Part shown: positions 9,564-18,694 of the stretch, piece after piece | How positions within the stretch are numbered: position 1 is the stretch's first letter | Layout: the number at the start of each line of letters is the position of its first letter | Assembly: GCA_011364975.1 (NCBI GenBank) | Contig: RDOE01000023.1 | Location: 1-40,289 of the forward strand | Reading direction: 5' to 3' | DNA from: Promethearchaeota archaeon | Lineage (GTDB): Archaea; Asgardarchaeota; Lokiarchaeia; Sigyniarchaeales; SOKP01 | DNA length: 40,289 nt | The notes under the pieces: generated by a model | Database searches by the model: none | The model's input: the letters and a program-made list of their open reading frames with translations, nothing else | Told to the model about the DNA's origin: nothing | Made by a program: the position numbers and the translations under genes

Positions 9564-11624
9564 ATGAAAATTTTACTAATTCATTCTGATGGTGTAGAAG
9601 TAACTAAAAATAAGGAAGCAACCACAAACCCACAGGATTTTCCAGAAGATTTTATAAAAATGGACGGTTTAGTCTTAGTAGCGTATGTTTCAGTAGAAGA
9701 TCAAGATACATATGATACTGATTTGATAGCAAAACAAGGAGCTCAAGTTATTGAAGATGCGATAATACAAATTACGAGTTTTCCAGAAAAAATACGTCAA
9801 AGAAATGAAGAGATCCAGAACTACAATAAACAAATCGAATCGGGTAAAATTAAGGGAAAATTACGCAATTTGGTTGATTTGATAAAAGAAAGAGATATGT
9901 ATCGCGTTGATAAAGTTTTAGTTTATCCTTGGGCTCATTTAAGCAAATTTTTAAGCCATGAACCAAATACTATGGAAGTTTGCCCCAAAATAGCTGAATT
10001 GCTAGAGGAAAAGGGAATTGTAGCAAAATTTTCTCCTTTTGGATGGTATAAATCCTTTAAAATAAATTGTATAGGACATGAAATTGCTGAAATGTATAGA
10101 GATGTTAAATTATATATTCAACCCGAAGAACATATTGAAAATGCAGTTTTTAAAGTTATAACTCCCCAAGGAAAAGAATTAAATATTAAATTTGACAAAG
10201 ATAGAAATGTGTTACCGCTAAAGGAGATTGAGGATGATGAATTTCTTACGTTTTTGAGGGCAGAGTTAGGAGAGAAAAGATCTGATGAGGGAATAGAACC
10301 AGCACATATAAAAACAATGAAGGAATTTGAATTAGTAGATTTTGATCCAAACACTGATGCAGGAAACCTTAGATGGTATACAAAAGGAGTAATTATGAAA
10401 AATCTGATTAAAAATTTTGTTGAAGACAGGATTATCGATTTTGGTGCAATGTTAATTGATACACCCCTAATGTATACTACCAAAAATAAGAAGTTAACGG
10501 CTCAAACCGCTCGATTTCCAGCTAGGAGTTATTGGGTAGAATCTGGTAATGATCGATACCTTTTACGATATGCTTCTGATTTCCTATTATTTGATTTATT
10601 CAGTACTATGAATCTTAAACCTCATTACTTCCCTTTAAGAATGTATGAATGGGAACAATATTCCTTTAGACGAGAAATGGAAGGAGAGCTTACAGGACTA
10701 AGAAGATTAAGGAGTTTTGTAATGCCAGATTTACATACTCTTTGTAAGAATTTATCTTCTGCTATTGAAGAGTTTAAGAGTCAATATTTCTTAATAAAAA
10801 ACTTGTTAGAGGATCTTGGTGTAAAATCCTATGTTATTTTTAGGGCAACTCAAGAGTTTTATAAAGAGAATAAAGAATGGATTATAGAGCTAATTAAGAC
10901 TGAGGACGAACCGATTTTACTGGAATTGTGGGAAGAAAGATATTATTATTTTATCTTAAAGTTTGAAAGACCGGTTTTATCAGCACAGGGTAAAAGTGCC
11001 ACTTTATCAACAAATCAAATTGATGTAGAGAGCACACTTGAATATATGGTTGATAATGACGGAAAAGAAAGACAAAAATATAATATCTTTTTCATTGATG
11101 AAGATGGAGAAAAAAAACATCCAATTATACTTCACAACTCTCCAACTGGAGGTTTAGAACGAATTTTATGGGGATTAATCGAAAATGCTATACGAAATAA
11201 GGATAGTATTGTCCCTGGATTTAAAACGTGGATTTCCCCAATTCAAGTAAGGATAATAACTGTAAGTGAAAATCAGAACAAATATGCTGAGAATGTACTA
11301 GATATTTTGAGTAAACACTCTTACAGAGCAGATTTTGATGATAGAGATGAAACATTAGGTAAAAAAATTCGCCAAGCAGAAGTGGAATGGATACCTTATA
11401 TAGTAATTTTAGGTGATAAAGAACAACAAAATCGCACAATTTCAGTAAGGAAACGATTAATAGGAAAACCAATTGGTCCTAAAAAGCAAACATCTGAAAA
11501 TATGAATAATATTAAAGTGTCAAAGTTATTAGAATTATTGGAAAACGAAACTAAAAATTTCCCCAAACACAAATTGCCTATACCCTTAAGAAAGTTTTCA
11601 ACTAAAATCTATTTCAGAAAATAA
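9564..11624 (+). CDS. thrS: Threonyl-tRNA synthetase, archaeal type with DTD-like editing domain
   Basis: MKILLIHSD...YPWAHLS...PFGWYKSF...GH editing domain; SFRRE..GEL.GL.RLR.F.MPDLH; ILHNSP.GGLER; DDRDETLGKKIR anticodon domain. Confidence 0.96.
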   Translation: MKILLIHSDGVEVTKNKEATTNPQDFPEDFIKMDGLVLVAYVSVEDQDTYDTDLIAKQGAQVIEDAIIQITSFPEKIRQRNEEIQNYNKQIESGKIKGKLRNLVDLIKERDMYRVDKVLVYPWAHLSKFLSHEPNTMEVCPKIAELLEEKGIVAKFSPFGWYKSFKINCIGHEIAEMYRDVKLYIQPEEHIENAVFKVITPQGKELNIKFDKDRNVLPLKEIEDDEFLTFLRAELGEKRSDEGIEPAHIKTMKEFELVDFDPNTDAGNLRWYTKGVIMKNLIKNFVEDRIIDFGAMLIDTPLMYTTKNKKLTAQTARFPARSYWVESGNDRYLLRYASDFLLFDLFSTMNLKPHYFPLRMYEWEQYSFRREMEGELTGLRRLRSFVMPDLHTLCKNLSSAIEEFKSQYFLIKNLLEDLGVKSYVIFRATQEFYKENKEWIIELIKTEDEPILLELWEERYYYFILKFERPVLSAQGKSATLSTNQIDVESTLEYMVDNDGKERQKYNIFFIDEDGEKKHPIILHNSPTGGLERILWGLIENAIRNKDSIVPGFKTWISPIQVRIITVSENQNKYAENVLDILSKHSYRADFDDRDETLGKKIRQAEVEWIPYIVILGDKEQQNRTISVRKRLIGKPIGPKKQTSENMNNIKVSKLLELLENETKNFPKHKLPIPLRKFSTKIYFRK

Positions 11625-11638
11625 ATTTAAAGAAAAAT

Positions 11639-12262
11639 ATGACGATTAAATGCATTATTTTTGATCTAGGAGATGTCATTGTCAATTTAGATTTCAGTAG
11701 GTTTTTTAATGAAGTTATTACACCCTCACCGTTAAATAAACCGAAAACACCCATAATTTTAGAATTTTTTCGCCAATCTGACACATATCATCAAGGAAAA
11801 GTAACTAATGAGGAGTTTTATACACAGGCGTGTGAATTACTTCAAATATGTAATTTAAATCAGAATGAATTTTTTGATGCTTTTAATAGTATTATTGCAG
11901 GTTTAGATCTTAGGGTTGTTGAAGTTATAAAGAAAATTCGCCAATTTAACAAACTAAAAATAATGTGTCTTTCAAATATTAACGCAAGTCATTGGAAATA
12001 TCTGAAGAGCCAAAAATGGGATATATGGGATTTATTTGACGAGTTTATTCTCTCCCATGAAATTAAATTAACTAAACCTGATTATAAAATATTTAAATAT
12101 GCAATAGAAAGAGCTGGATGCCGTCCACGTGAAATTTTGTTTATAGACGATGGATTAAATAATATACGCGCAGCGAGAGATGTAAATATAATCGCAATAA
12201 GATACATTGGATTAGATAACTTAATTGAAGAATTAATAAAGTATAATATTAAATTGAGTTAA
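11639..12262 (+). CDS. HAD-superfamily phosphatase (YihX-like)
   Basis: IIFDLGDV, LSN, KPD..IF, FIDD..NN motifs. Confidence 0.92.
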   Translation: MTIKCIIFDLGDVIVNLDFSRFFNEVITPSPLNKPKTPIILEFFRQSDTYHQGKVTNEEFYTQACELLQICNLNQNEFFDAFNSIIAGLDLRVVEVIKKIRQFNKLKIMCLSNINASHWKYLKSQKWDIWDLFDEFILSHEIKLTKPDYKIFKYAIERAGCRPREILFIDDGLNNIRAARDVNIIAIRYIGLDNLIEELIKYNIKLS

Positions 12263-12296
12263 ATTGAATTTTAAAAATTAATAGCACTCCTAAGAT

Positions 12297-12812
12297 TCAA
12301 TCAGATATACTTTGCAAACAAGATTTTGCTATTATTTCAAACGCAGTTTCAACATTTTCACCAGTTTTAGCAGAAGTTTCCAAATATTCACAACTTATTC
12401 TTTTAGCTAAATCTTCTGCTTCAGTTCGCTCTATTTTTCTCTCAAGATCTATTTTGTTTCCAACCATAATCATCGGAATTGATTTTTTTACTGTCTTTTT
12501 AATACTACTTACCCACCCAGGTAATTTAAGCAGAGATTGGGGATTAGTCACATCAAACACTCCAAAAGCAGCGTTACTTCCTTTGAAATATATCTGGCGC
12601 AACGGGAGAAATTGATCTTGACCTCCTATATCCCATAAAAGTAGCCTAACATTAGTATTACCTATCTCAACGTCTTTAATTAGAAAATTAGAGCCGATAG
12701 TTTGTTTTAAATCTGGATTAAAATAATCTTTTATATATCTAATAAGTAATGAAGTTTTTCCCACACCCCCTGGACCAAACAAGGTGACCTTGAACTTATA
12801 CATGTCATTCAT
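12297..12812 (-). CDS. Rab-like small GTPase
   Basis: GPGGVGKTS, TIG, WDIGGQ, NKID, ETSAK; no C-terminal prenylation motif. ATG at 12812 follows GGAGGAG and is preferred over 12875. Confidence 0.95.
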   Translation of the reverse strand: MNDMYKFKVTLFGPGGVGKTSLLIRYIKDYFNPDLKQTIGSNFLIKDVEIGNTNVRLLLWDIGGQDQFLPLRQIYFKGSNAAFGVFDVTNPQSLLKLPGWVSSIKKTVKKSIPMIMVGNKIDLERKIERTEAEDLAKRISCEYLETSAKTGENVETAFEIIAKSCLQSISD

Positions 12813-13086
12813 CCTTTCTACTCCTCCGAGATTAGAATCTCTAAATGAATAATTCTTAAATATAACTTTACTCATTAAAAATTTTTAGAATTCTTATTCG
12901 TATAATATACGGAAGAATCAAATATTCTATATTCAATATTATCTTAAGGGTATTTATATCTTTAGGATTTTGAAGAAGATAAGCCATAACCTTCTTAAGT
13001 ATAAATGATCATTTCAAGGGCAATATTATTTAGAAACCAGTTTACTATGATTAGTGTTTTAAAATCGAATAGAATAATATTGTTAT

Positions 13087-14364
13087 TCATTTCTTTTTTT
13101 TTCCTATTTTTCCTAAAGCAGCCATTAACCATTCAGGACTCCCAACCCCATTACCAAATTCCATCCAAATATACATTAAAAATCCTAATAATCCTACATA
13201 AGTTAAATTGATTATTAAAAACATAATTACATCTAATTGTCGAAAAAATAAATTAAGAAGTAATTGATGGATGAAAAATAGACTCAAGGATACCTTTCCA
13301 TAGTAAATCAGCATGTGAACAAAATTATTTTTGTTTTTCTTTTTAAGATCTATAAAGTAAAAGCTTATTGCGATAACTAGAAGTGCTGCACCTAAGTTAT
13401 AAAGAATATTTGGAGCTCTTCCACGGATTAACAGCTCCGGTATTCCAGGAATATTAAAATAGGGTTGACTATTAGCAACAGTTAGAAGGGCGATATGGGG
13501 GTATTCTGAAAGCCCACCTGCGATTGAATCTTTCGTATATAATCCAAAACCAAATCCAATTCCTGCAAAGATTAATATTAGACTCCACATTAAAAAGAAT
13601 CTAAATAACCCAATATAAGCATCTGTCGTTCCTTTATTCATTGCATCATATAGATACTCTCCAAAAATAGTTGATATAAAACAAATGGCCAATCCTGGTA
13701 ATAAAGGTACCATAGGATTTGGTCCAATTAATATAAAATGAAATATAATCGCGATTATATTCCCCGATTCTATTCCTGGAACAAATAATAAGTCTCTAAT
13801 AGGGTTTGAAACCGCAATGATCAAAATACCTATTACTGCTCGATGCAATTTCCTCAAATTTAGCGCATAATAGGAAATTATCTGTGAAAAGCCAATAAAC
13901 ATCAATATATTCCAGCCCCATAAACTAAGAGGAAAGGGAATATTATAATTTTCTAAAGTTAATGATGCAACGTTGTATATCATAGCAATAAAAATAATAA
14001 AAAATCCTCGTGAAAAAATCCTCATCTGAATTACTTTTTGGGGAAGTATATTCTGTTTATTTTTTATACTAAAAATAACACTCAATGCTGAAAGAAAAAC
14101 AAATAGGGATGGGCCTAGAAAATCTAATAAAGCAAATGCTATTCCATATATATATTTGTTTTCACTATTTAACCACGCACTGGAAGAATGGGCTAAGATT
14201 ATAAATACAATTGCAAATCCTTTTACAAAATCAATACTACCTATTCGTTTTGGAGACGCAAAATCTCTTATATCCTCTAAGGGAATTAATTCTTGTAAGT
14301 AATTAAATAGATGAGGTGATTCTGTTTCTGTTTTAAAATCATTTTGTATTGACATTTCACTCAT
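13087..14364 (-). CDS. DUF1624/HGSNAT-like multi-pass membrane acyltransferase, paralog 2
   Basis: RIGSIDFVKGFAIVFIILAH motif; about 10 TM segments; YGKVSLSLF. Confidence 0.82.
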   Translation of the reverse strand: MSEMSIQNDFKTETESPHLFNYLQELIPLEDIRDFASPKRIGSIDFVKGFAIVFIILAHSSSAWLNSENKYIYGIAFALLDFLGPSLFVFLSALSVIFSIKNKQNILPQKVIQMRIFSRGFFIIFIAMIYNVASLTLENYNIPFPLSLWGWNILMFIGFSQIISYYALNLRKLHRAVIGILIIAVSNPIRDLLFVPGIESGNIIAIIFHFILIGPNPMVPLLPGLAICFISTIFGEYLYDAMNKGTTDAYIGLFRFFLMWSLILIFAGIGFGFGLYTKDSIAGGLSEYPHIALLTVANSQPYFNIPGIPELLIRGRAPNILYNLGAALLVIAISFYFIDLKKKNKNNFVHMLIYYGKVSLSLFFIHQLLLNLFFRQLDVIMFLIINLTYVGLLGFLMYIWMEFGNGVGSPEWLMAALGKIGKKKK

Positions 14365-14420
14365 TTATTACATATGATTTTTGGATATAAAAAATTATTA
14401 TTTAATTATTCATCTTACGA

Positions 14421-15812
14421 TTAATTTTCAGAGTCATGTTCATGACGCTTTAACTTATGAATAGTCCCCTTTAATTCATCTTCTATTATTTGCATTTCTT
14501 TCATCACAGTTTTTCCCGTTTTCTGACCTATTCGTCCTATTTGGACCATGAGCCATTCTGGTGAACCAACACCATTAAAAAACTCATTCCAAACGTACAT
14601 TAAAAACCCCATAAATCCCACATACCCTAACCATATAAAGGGAAAGATTACAATATCAAAATACCATATAAACAACATAATAAATGTATAATGTATTAGA
14701 AACAAGCTTAAGGATACTTTTCCATAATAAATCAACATTGATATAAACGTATTACTTTTATCTTTAATATCAATAAAATAAAAACTAATAGCTATAATTA
14801 ATAAAGCAGCTCCCAAATTATAGATCATATTAGGGGCTCTTCCACGAATCAAGAATTCCCACATCCCGGGATATCTTATCTCTGGAATTATAATTTGAGA
14901 ATTCATGTCATAAAGAAGACCTATATGGGGATATTCATTTAAGGGAAGGGAACCTACAATTAGATCATTGGCGGGTGAATAAAAAGTTGCAGGAGCGTAG
15001 GAATACCTACCTAAAAATATTCCCATAATTACAAAAAATAATCCCCAGTATAGAAAAGTGCGAAAAAGTACAATGTAATCCTGTTTTTTACCCATCATCA
15101 TAGCATCATACAAATATTCTCCAAAAATTGTCGAGATAAAACATATTGATATCCATGGAAGTAATGGGGTCATAGGAGAAGGCGATACAATAATATAATG
15201 TAAAAAGGAGATGAATAAATTACCTGCTTCTTTACCTTCGAATAAAAATTGTCGTATTGGGTCGGAAGTGAAGATAATAACCGCCCCTAAAACCGCACGT
15301 GCCATTTTTCCAATTTTCAGAGCATATAATGAAAAAATCTGGGAAAATCCAATAAACATCAATATATTCCATCCCCATAGATTCAATGGAAAAGTATAAC
15401 CCTCGATTGTAAATTCAAAAGCAAAAATGTTAAAAATAATTGCAATTACAATAATTATGATACCTCGATTTAAAATCCTATTCCTAATAACCTTATTAGA
15501 TAGAGAACCCTTCTTTCGTTTGATACTAAACACAACACTAAGAGCAGAAAGAAAAATGAATAGTGAAGGACCTAAAATGTCTAGAAAGGAAAAAACTATA
15601 CCATATATGAAAATCCAAGAACTATTAAGCCATGCTCCAGCCGTATGGGCTAAAATTATAAATACAATTGCAAATCCTTTGACAAAATCAATACTTACGA
15701 TTCGTTTAGGAGAATCGAAATCTCTTAATTCATCAACAGGAATTTCTTTTTTTAAATAATCAAATAGATGGATGGAATCCATATCGACGTCATTTTCTTT
15801 TTCATTAGACAT
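14421..15812 (-). CDS. DUF1624/HGSNAT-like multi-pass membrane acyltransferase, paralog 1
   Basis: RIVSIDFVKGFAIVFIILAH, PLLPW, YGKVSLSLF; collinear with the neighbouring gene. Confidence 0.82.
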   Translation of the reverse strand: MSNEKENDVDMDSIHLFDYLKKEIPVDELRDFDSPKRIVSIDFVKGFAIVFIILAHTAGAWLNSSWIFIYGIVFSFLDILGPSLFIFLSALSVVFSIKRKKGSLSNKVIRNRILNRGIIIIVIAIIFNIFAFEFTIEGYTFPLNLWGWNILMFIGFSQIFSLYALKIGKMARAVLGAVIIFTSDPIRQFLFEGKEAGNLFISFLHYIIVSPSPMTPLLPWISICFISTIFGEYLYDAMMMGKKQDYIVLFRTFLYWGLFFVIMGIFLGRYSYAPATFYSPANDLIVGSLPLNEYPHIGLLYDMNSQIIIPEIRYPGMWEFLIRGRAPNMIYNLGAALLIIAISFYFIDIKDKSNTFISMLIYYGKVSLSLFLIHYTFIMLFIWYFDIVIFPFIWLGYVGFMGFLMYVWNEFFNGVGSPEWLMVQIGRIGQKTGKTVMKEMQIIEDELKGTIHKLKRHEHDSEN

Positions 15813-15924
15813 TTTTATCCCAATATTCGGATTGAATTGAAAGTAATTTATTAAAATTTAAATTAATATTATATTTTTATGTCATAGTATTTGAATCTTT
15901 ATAAAAAACCATAAAAGCTAGATT

Positions 15925-16377
15925 ATGATATCGAATGTCAAAAAATATTTGGATTTTCGCCTATTAGGGTTATCTGGTTCAATTTTCATGATACTATCTC
16001 AATTTTTACCTTGGTTTTCAGATTTAACATTATTGAATATTTATATTATTACCACGAGTTTAGCTATCGAGGATTCCTTTTTGTATCTGTTTCCGTTGAT
16101 AAGTGGTTTGATATGTTTCATAGGAACGTTTATAATAGTTTACAAACAAGAATATAGAATTAATTCTGTGATCGTTAATTTTGTTGGATTAGGTTTCTTC
16201 TTAATTTTCCTACTAGAATTAATTCCAAGAGAATTGATATATTTACCGACTATAGGCGTAGGGTTTTATTTTTCAATATTAGGTTTATTATTAGTATTTT
16301 TTGATATCTTACATATATTACTTACGAACAAGAATCAAGAGGAAGGGAACATACCATTAAAGGAAAAGAGAACTTAG
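15925..16377 (+). CDS. Four-TM membrane protein
   Basis: SQFLPWF near the N-terminus, G.GFY before the last TM; four hydrophobic segments. Confidence 0.8.
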   Translation: MISNVKKYLDFRLLGLSGSIFMILSQFLPWFSDLTLLNIYIITTSLAIEDSFLYLFPLISGLICFIGTFIIVYKQEYRINSVIVNFVGLGFFLIFLLELIPRELIYLPTIGVGFYFSILGLLLVFFDILHILLTNKNQEEGNIPLKEKRT

Positions 16378-17252
16378 ACTCTAATAAATCTAATGAGGAT
16401 GATATAGAAGCAAATTTTTATTATGCTCTAAGTCATGATATACGTAGGCGAATTATTAAAATTATTGGAGACGATACCTATACTTCTTTTACCAATTTAA
16501 AGAGAGAACTAAAGGTAAGTACTGGCACTATTTATCATCATCTTGATACTTTATCTCCTTTAGTTGAACAAAAAGATGATAAGAAGTATTACCTTACCGA
16601 TTTAGGTATTCATGCTTATAATTCATTAAAAGATAATATAACTACGATAATTACTGCAGATTTTACAAGTAGAGAATTTAATTCACCTCTTTTAAAAGGT
16701 TTGATGAAATTAACTCCTCGAAAAAGTATTACATTGCAAGATAATAATAAAATATTTTCTATTCTACTTTCAGTAATAAGCCTATTAATAGGTAGTATAT
16801 TTTGTGGACTTAATCAAGTATTTCCCTTTTTTCTTTTTTTCAATGAATCAAATTTATTTAGTTCTAGCTTAGAATTGTTATCACTACTATTATTTTCAAT
16901 TTTCTTTTTGTTAAATTTTCTAATTTATTATATAATTAATGAGGGGATTTGCCGTTTATTTTATAAGAAGAAAGAAAATAGTTTTAAATTTTTTAAAGTG
17001 TTTGGAATGATATTCTTTCCTGTTGATATATATTTAATTATTCGTTATTTCTTAAAAATTTCAAATTCTTTAAATTTTGCTACAATAAGAATATTGGATA
17101 ATATTCTAATGATTCTATTCCAGTTATGGTCGCTTTGGTTATTAACCTTTAATTTGACAGTAAACAAACAATTGAAGATTGAAAATTCACTAATTATAGC
17201 ATTGTTAATTCATTATGGTGGGTTTTCCTTATTTTTGTTATTTTCTATTTAA
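16356..17252 (+). CDS. ArsR-type wHTH regulator fused to a multi-pass membrane domain
   Basis: The frame of the 16701 ORF is open upstream and encodes ALSHDIRRRIIKIIG...SFTNLKRELKVSTGTIYHHLDTL...YYLTDLG. No ATG/GTG/TTG is available; ATT 16356 after GAGGAAGG is the proposed, uncertain start. Confidence 0.8.
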   Translation: MKGKENLDSNKSNEDDIEANFYYALSHDIRRRIIKIIGDDTYTSFTNLKRELKVSTGTIYHHLDTLSPLVEQKDDKKYYLTDLGIHAYNSLKDNITTIITADFTSREFNSPLLKGLMKLTPRKSITLQDNNKIFSILLSVISLLIGSIFCGLNQVFPFFLFFNESNLFSSSLELLSLLLFSIFFLLNFLIYYIINEGICRLFYKKKENSFKFFKVFGMIFFPVDIYLIIRYFLKISNSLNFATIRILDNILMILFQLWSLWLLTFNLTVNKQLKIENSLIIALLIHYGGFSLFLLFSI

Positions 17253-18558
17253 TGAGATTAAAGTGAGCTCTTTTTAATTGATTAAAAATTTCAGAAAATC
17301 TCTGTTTAGAAGAGTCGTGATCTTTACTTTTTGTTGCAATAAAACAAGAAAACTCTAAATGTTGGTTAGAATTAGCTTCTCTCAAACAAATTGGAGGAGT
17401 AACTAATTCAGGAATCTCTTGCATTAATTTTGGAATTTTAGTATCAATGATCTCTGTTAAGGAATCTCTTCCATCATAGATTAACTCAAATCTCGAAAAT
17501 TCAGAAAATCCAATATGCTTAATTTCAAGAGTCTTGTTTTGTTCGGATTCTTGTTCTAATAATAGCAAGGGGTTTCGATTCAATATATTTCTGATTCCGA
17601 TATAAGATGTAGTCATTCTTGGATTTATTTCAATGAAATATAATTTATCGTCTGGTGTTTTTATAAAGTCAATACCAAAATATCCCTTGAACTTATGTAA
17701 ACTTATTTTTTCAAGATTTTTTTGTAGAATCTTTTTCACGTGAGTATATTGTTTAATAGGGGTATAACCACCTAAATAATACGATCTGCCATTCAAACCT
17801 TTAAATCCTATATTTTGAGAATTAATGCTTAAAATGGATAGATTATCTGTTACTTTATCTTCCAATGGATTATTTATTATCGATACACTTAGATCAGTTC
17901 CTTCAATATATTCTTGAAGAATATAATTTCGGTTGGGATCTATGGGTATGTTTTCCCGAGTGAAAAACAACTCTAATTCCTTTTTCCTTTGAAAATAATA
18001 AATTGATTCCGCACCAACACCATCTTCAGGTTTAATTATAAAAGGGAACTGAAATTCTTCAAACTTTTCATATATAAAATCGAAATCAATTTTGCCATCT
18101 ACTAATGGAATCTGATAAGTTAGTGGTGTAATCAAATCATTATCCTTGAAAAAATCATATGTTTTTATTTTTGAGGCACCTAATTTAATTCCCTCTAAAC
18201 CGATACTATAAAGATCTTTTTGATTATTGAGGGCAATTTCAGTTAATTTGTAAAGATTGTTTGAAAATTCGGGTGCTATTATAAAGCAAAAATTTGCTTT
18301 TTCTAAACATGTCTTATATACATCTAAAAAATCATCATTGGCAGTTACTAGTGATAAATCATCCTGATTAAGATAATCCGATAAATTAAATATTCTCTCA
18401 TCTAATTGTGTTATTGTCTGGAATTTTAATTTCTTAAAATCCTCTAATATAGATCTTAACATCGCATAGCCTTCACATAATAACGACGAAGATATCTCTT
18501 CTGTATTAAATCCACCTCCAGAAACATATTCAAAAACAAAAATATTCTTTTTTGGCAT
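17245..18558 (-). CDS. mfnD: ATP-grasp ligase, tyramine--L-glutamate ligase (methanofuran biosynthesis)-like
   Basis: IFVFEYVSGGG...EGYAML, IIAPE, KPEDGVG, QEYIEG..LSVS, LSINSQ, GYFGIDF, EINPRMTTSY; carries a C-terminal extension. Confidence 0.75.
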   Translation of the reverse strand: MPKKNIFVFEYVSGGGFNTEEISSSLLCEGYAMLRSILEDFKKLKFQTITQLDERIFNLSDYLNQDDLSLVTANDDFLDVYKTCLEKANFCFIIAPEFSNNLYKLTEIALNNQKDLYSIGLEGIKLGASKIKTYDFFKDNDLITPLTYQIPLVDGKIDFDFIYEKFEEFQFPFIIKPEDGVGAESIYYFQRKKELELFFTRENIPIDPNRNYILQEYIEGTDLSVSIINNPLEDKVTDNLSILSINSQNIGFKGLNGRSYYLGGYTPIKQYTHVKKILQKNLEKISLHKFKGYFGIDFIKTPDDKLYFIEINPRMTTSYIGIRNILNRNPLLLLEQESEQNKTLEIKHIGFSEFSRFELIYDGRDSLTEIIDTKIPKLMQEIPELVTPPICLREANSNQHLEFSCFIATKSKDHDSSKQRFSEIFNQLKRAHFNLIK

Positions 18559-18694
18559 AAGAATCCAAAAAGATTGTATTTAAGATTTATTAGTAAGAAT
18601 TTAAAAATATTATATAGATAGATTAGTTTTAATTTGATGTTTTATATAATTTTAATTAACTTAAATTTAAACAAAAAAGATCTATGATGGTACA

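Noticed and set aside
12813-12875. 21-aa N-terminal extension of the Rab-like GTPase
   Set aside because: A strong GGAGGAG precedes the ATG at 12812; the extension is probably untranslated leader.
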